Part shown: one piece after another, positions 60,941 to 64,000 of the stretch
How positions within the stretch are numbered: position 1 is the first letter of the stretch
Layout: every line of letters begins with the position of its first letter
DNA from: Diadema antillarum
Lineage: Eukaryota
Length of the DNA stretch: 64,000 nt
NCBI RefSeq assembly: GCF_040938485.1
Contig: NW_027271461.1
Span: 372,001 to 436,000, forward strand
Reading direction: 5' to 3'
Made by a program: the position numbers and the translations under genes
Notes under the pieces: model-generated
What the model was told of the DNA's origin: nothing
Seen by the model: the letters and a program-made list of their open reading frames with translations, nothing else
Databases searched by the model: none

Positions 60941-63100
60941 CTGTAAAAAAAAAGAAGAAAAAAGTCATATTTAGAAAGATTCATTTGTATTCAGTCATAT
61001 AACGTTGGAAAAAAAAGAACCTTTGTATTTTAAGTCATGGGCACAAAAATAACGCTAGTCATAATGATATGAACAACACATCATCATTCATTGCGTGACT
61101 TGCAGTCGTTAGAGATACATGAGCAGATGCAAAGATCAGTTGCTGCCGGCTCTGTCCTCTGCACTGTGCATTACTTTGGGGCTATCAAGTTGTGTCCTTT
61201 GTCCTGTGCAACAATACATGCAACGCCTTTTACAGCAACATTTTGAAGTGCTTTACAGTTTAAGATGTATTACAATATGAATACTGAATTAACTTTAACA
61301 AAAGAAACAACTGGGAAGTCAATTACAAGTTAAAAAAATGAATTGCAATATCTTCATTATTATCATTTATCATACATAGTCTGCTTACAATCAACATTTA
61401 CGGGGGCCTACATTCTTAAGAGAAGGTGACACAGGTTGATAAGAGTATGGTGTTGCACTGAATTCTCATGTGTTCAGTAAGGAAAGTCATAACTGGCTGT
61501 AAGACTATTTTGAGAATAATCAGAAGACCGCATGCTGGCTCTACCACAAGCCTCATGTAAGCAGAACGAAAACCAACAAAATTATCAGGATATTGATACA
61601 CTTGTAAGCAGTGATAGACAATATTTTGGAGAAAACTCACGCTGCATTTTGCACTGAAATAGAGATTAAACCTATGTCACATATGGGGGATATGCTTCTT
61701 GGGTTTCCCTAAGAAGTTTTCAAGGATAAATGACAAAAAAGTGACAAAAAGCTTGGGTGAACAAGAGAGACTTGAAGCTGGTGTGTCACATTCCTGGCAG
61801 GTTTGAAAACCATCACAGAGCACTGCCTCCCAGTGATTCATTCTCTCTTCACAAACAAGCTTTTGGCCAGACTCAAGGAACTTGTCTTGTGACAACAAGC
61901 TGCAGTGAGATTTTGCTCAAAGCGCAGAGAAAACATTGCTTGAGCTTTGTTCCTCTCTTCAGACCGACAAGGGAGATGAGGAGAAGGGGAAAGGGGAGAG
62001 GGCTCTGTGCGGCTATCAGTGTGCTCCTACTATTGAGAAGTATTAAGCGTCTGCCACAGGGATTGTGGGATGTTGTTAATGGTGTTCTCACATGCACACT
62101 CTCACACAACTGACTCACAGCAAATCATATGGTATGTCTGCCTACAAAATAAAATATAAGAAATCCTACCAATTCTTGCCTATTGGCTCTCATAAAACAA
62201 AACAAAGACAACATACAAAAAAAAGCAACCTTACAATACACATTCTCTACAATTCTCTGTCACAGTGCTATTAAAATGCTAAGGGAGAGCGCAAAGCAAA
62301 AGAAAAGTCTACACTGTGACCTAATGATATTACAAAAGACAATTCACAATTACAACTTGCAAACAAGGTGTTACACACCATGTAACATGGAATTCCACTT
62401 ACTAGAAGGAATCCAATTATATTTTGATGACCCATGTGACTTCATCACAGTGGTGTCAATAAATCTCTGGTTTCCCAGATGAAAAATTCATGCATGAGTC
62501 TCATTTGTGAATTTGTATACTATTGAAGAAATTGCTGCAATAGGAGAACATTGATGCACATTTGACATAGCAGTATGCAATCTAGAGCAAACTATAGCTG
62601 TGATAAATATATTCTCCCAACTTGAAGGTGTTGCAGCTTTTCCCCACTGGCAGAAGGGGAGAAGAATAACACTGGCAGTAGTAAGGTCCTCCACTGGTCT
62701 AAAGGAGATTATAGACTGCCTGCAGCTTGTAACTTGCTTGTCTTCCCAACAGTCCAAAGCTTCGGTAACAAAAGAGTATTCCAAGCCAAGTCGTACTCTT
62801 AACTTACAGGGCTTCACCACATCGACCTCAAAGTGTTTGCCAGATTGGATTATTTACTGAAGTCTTGCAAGCATTCAGGATACCCAGAGTTTCAGCTTTA
62901 TTATGACAAAACACCTCACCATGTCATGAAAGCCTGAACACTCTACATATTTAAAGCCGGAAGACAAGATTCTGTTCAGAGAGTTCCTCTGATAAATGCA
63001 GAAAAAAAAGCGATATTTTCCAGATGCTTCTATCTGAATCAATATGGGTAACACACAAGAGACATGCAAAACACCTAAGTCATCAGTATATCAAACAATA

Positions 63101-63637
63101 CAGTGCACTCCCGTTACAACGAACACGGTTATAACAAAATTTCGTTATAACGAAGTAAATCTTCTGGTCCCAAAATTATCACCATTAAAGTCTATGGTAC
63201 AAAATTCGCTTATAACGAACACGGCTATAGCGAAATTTCCGTTATAACGAAGTCTTTTCCGAGCGCCACAGACAAAGAAAAACAAAAGAAATGTGCTCCG
63301 TTATAACGAAATGCGAATCGCTTTCGAAAATACGTAGCGGAACAAGCATATAGCGTTTCTGCATGGGTGAACGCTTCTCACCACTGTGTGTTCGCTCCTT
63401 GTGTCACACACAGTTTCTGAGGGGAACTTGCATTTATTATTGTAATACAGCTATCCCATCACATTTCACAGAGCTTTCCAGTGTATGATGAGTATTCAGC
63501 AAACAGAATATGATATATATATATACGTGGTTTCCTTGTTTTTGTTATATATTGTATTTGTTCGGTTATAACGAAATTTCGTTATAACGAAAGAAAACTG
63601 CCGGTCCCGAGCATTTCGTTATAACGGGAGTGCACTG
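63101..63637. mobile_element. Tc1/mariner (Tigger/pogo-like) MITE
   Basis: ta|cagtgcactcccgttacaacgaa...ttcgttataacgggagtgcactg|ta; TA TSD; internal ttcgttataacgaa repeats. Confidence 0.85.
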
Positions 63638-64000
63638 TATTTTAATACACTTCATCTACAAAAGTAGTTCTCGTCCACTGCATTTCAGAACATTGCTTCC
63701 TGGTAAAATGTTCATCACTGCACTTTTCTCACAACTTGCCGAGTTTGGGTTTTTTTTTGTCAGAAATCTCTGCTCTTATCAAATTTCTCTACATGTTACC
63801 AATTGGGAGAAGATTTTATCACAGATCTACCTACATTCCGTTAACACATAATCCCTCTTTGCTCCACCCTGATCTTCCCCCTGAGATAACCTATTTTAGG
63901 GCATGGGAAGGAGGGAACAATATCAAATTCAACTGCAAAACACAGCCAGGCAGCTTTCTACCAAGGTTGGGAATATTGACGGATCGACATGGGTTCCCTA

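Noticed and set aside
61400-63050. Possible decayed LTR/DIRS retroelement (fragments such as YPDNFVG on minus and LLTYRASPH on plus)
   Set aside because: The motif-like fragments are short, on opposite strands and not linked in order; BLASTx is needed. No cadherin exon was recognisable here either.

Overview
AT-rich, intron-rich animal genomic DNA. The repeat landscape suggests a marine invertebrate, possibly an echinoderm; this is inference and not provable from the window. There are three protein-coding loci. (1) Minus strand 8.8-24.3 kb: a UDP-glycosyltransferase locus in which four intact large first exons (V4 24254-23406, V3 20872-19997, V2 18613-17741, V1 15397-14522), each ending in a phase-0 GT donor, lie upstream of a single set of three constant exons (11956-11737, 10963-10744, 9132-8841). 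This is a variable/constant cassette architecture like vertebrate UGT1A, with the junction at the homologous codon. V3 looks like a V2/V4 chimera made by unequal crossing-over. (2) Plus strand 27185-35132: an 8-exon HSDL2-like short-chain dehydrogenase (296 aa) transcribed divergently from the UGT array and apparently lacking the C-terminal SCP2 domain. (3) Minus strand 40682 to beyond 60940: the 3' 18 coding exons (about 2717 aa) of a Dachsous protocadherin whose 5' end lies outside the window. Non-coding space holds many non-autonomous DNA transposons (TTAA/Kolobok-like, CACTG/EnSpm-like, Harbinger-like, Tc1/mariner-like, Helentron/HINE-like), a decayed CR1/L2-type RT, microsatellites and a 153-N assembly gap. 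No RNA genes or CRISPR arrays were recognised. All alignments and identities are by eye.
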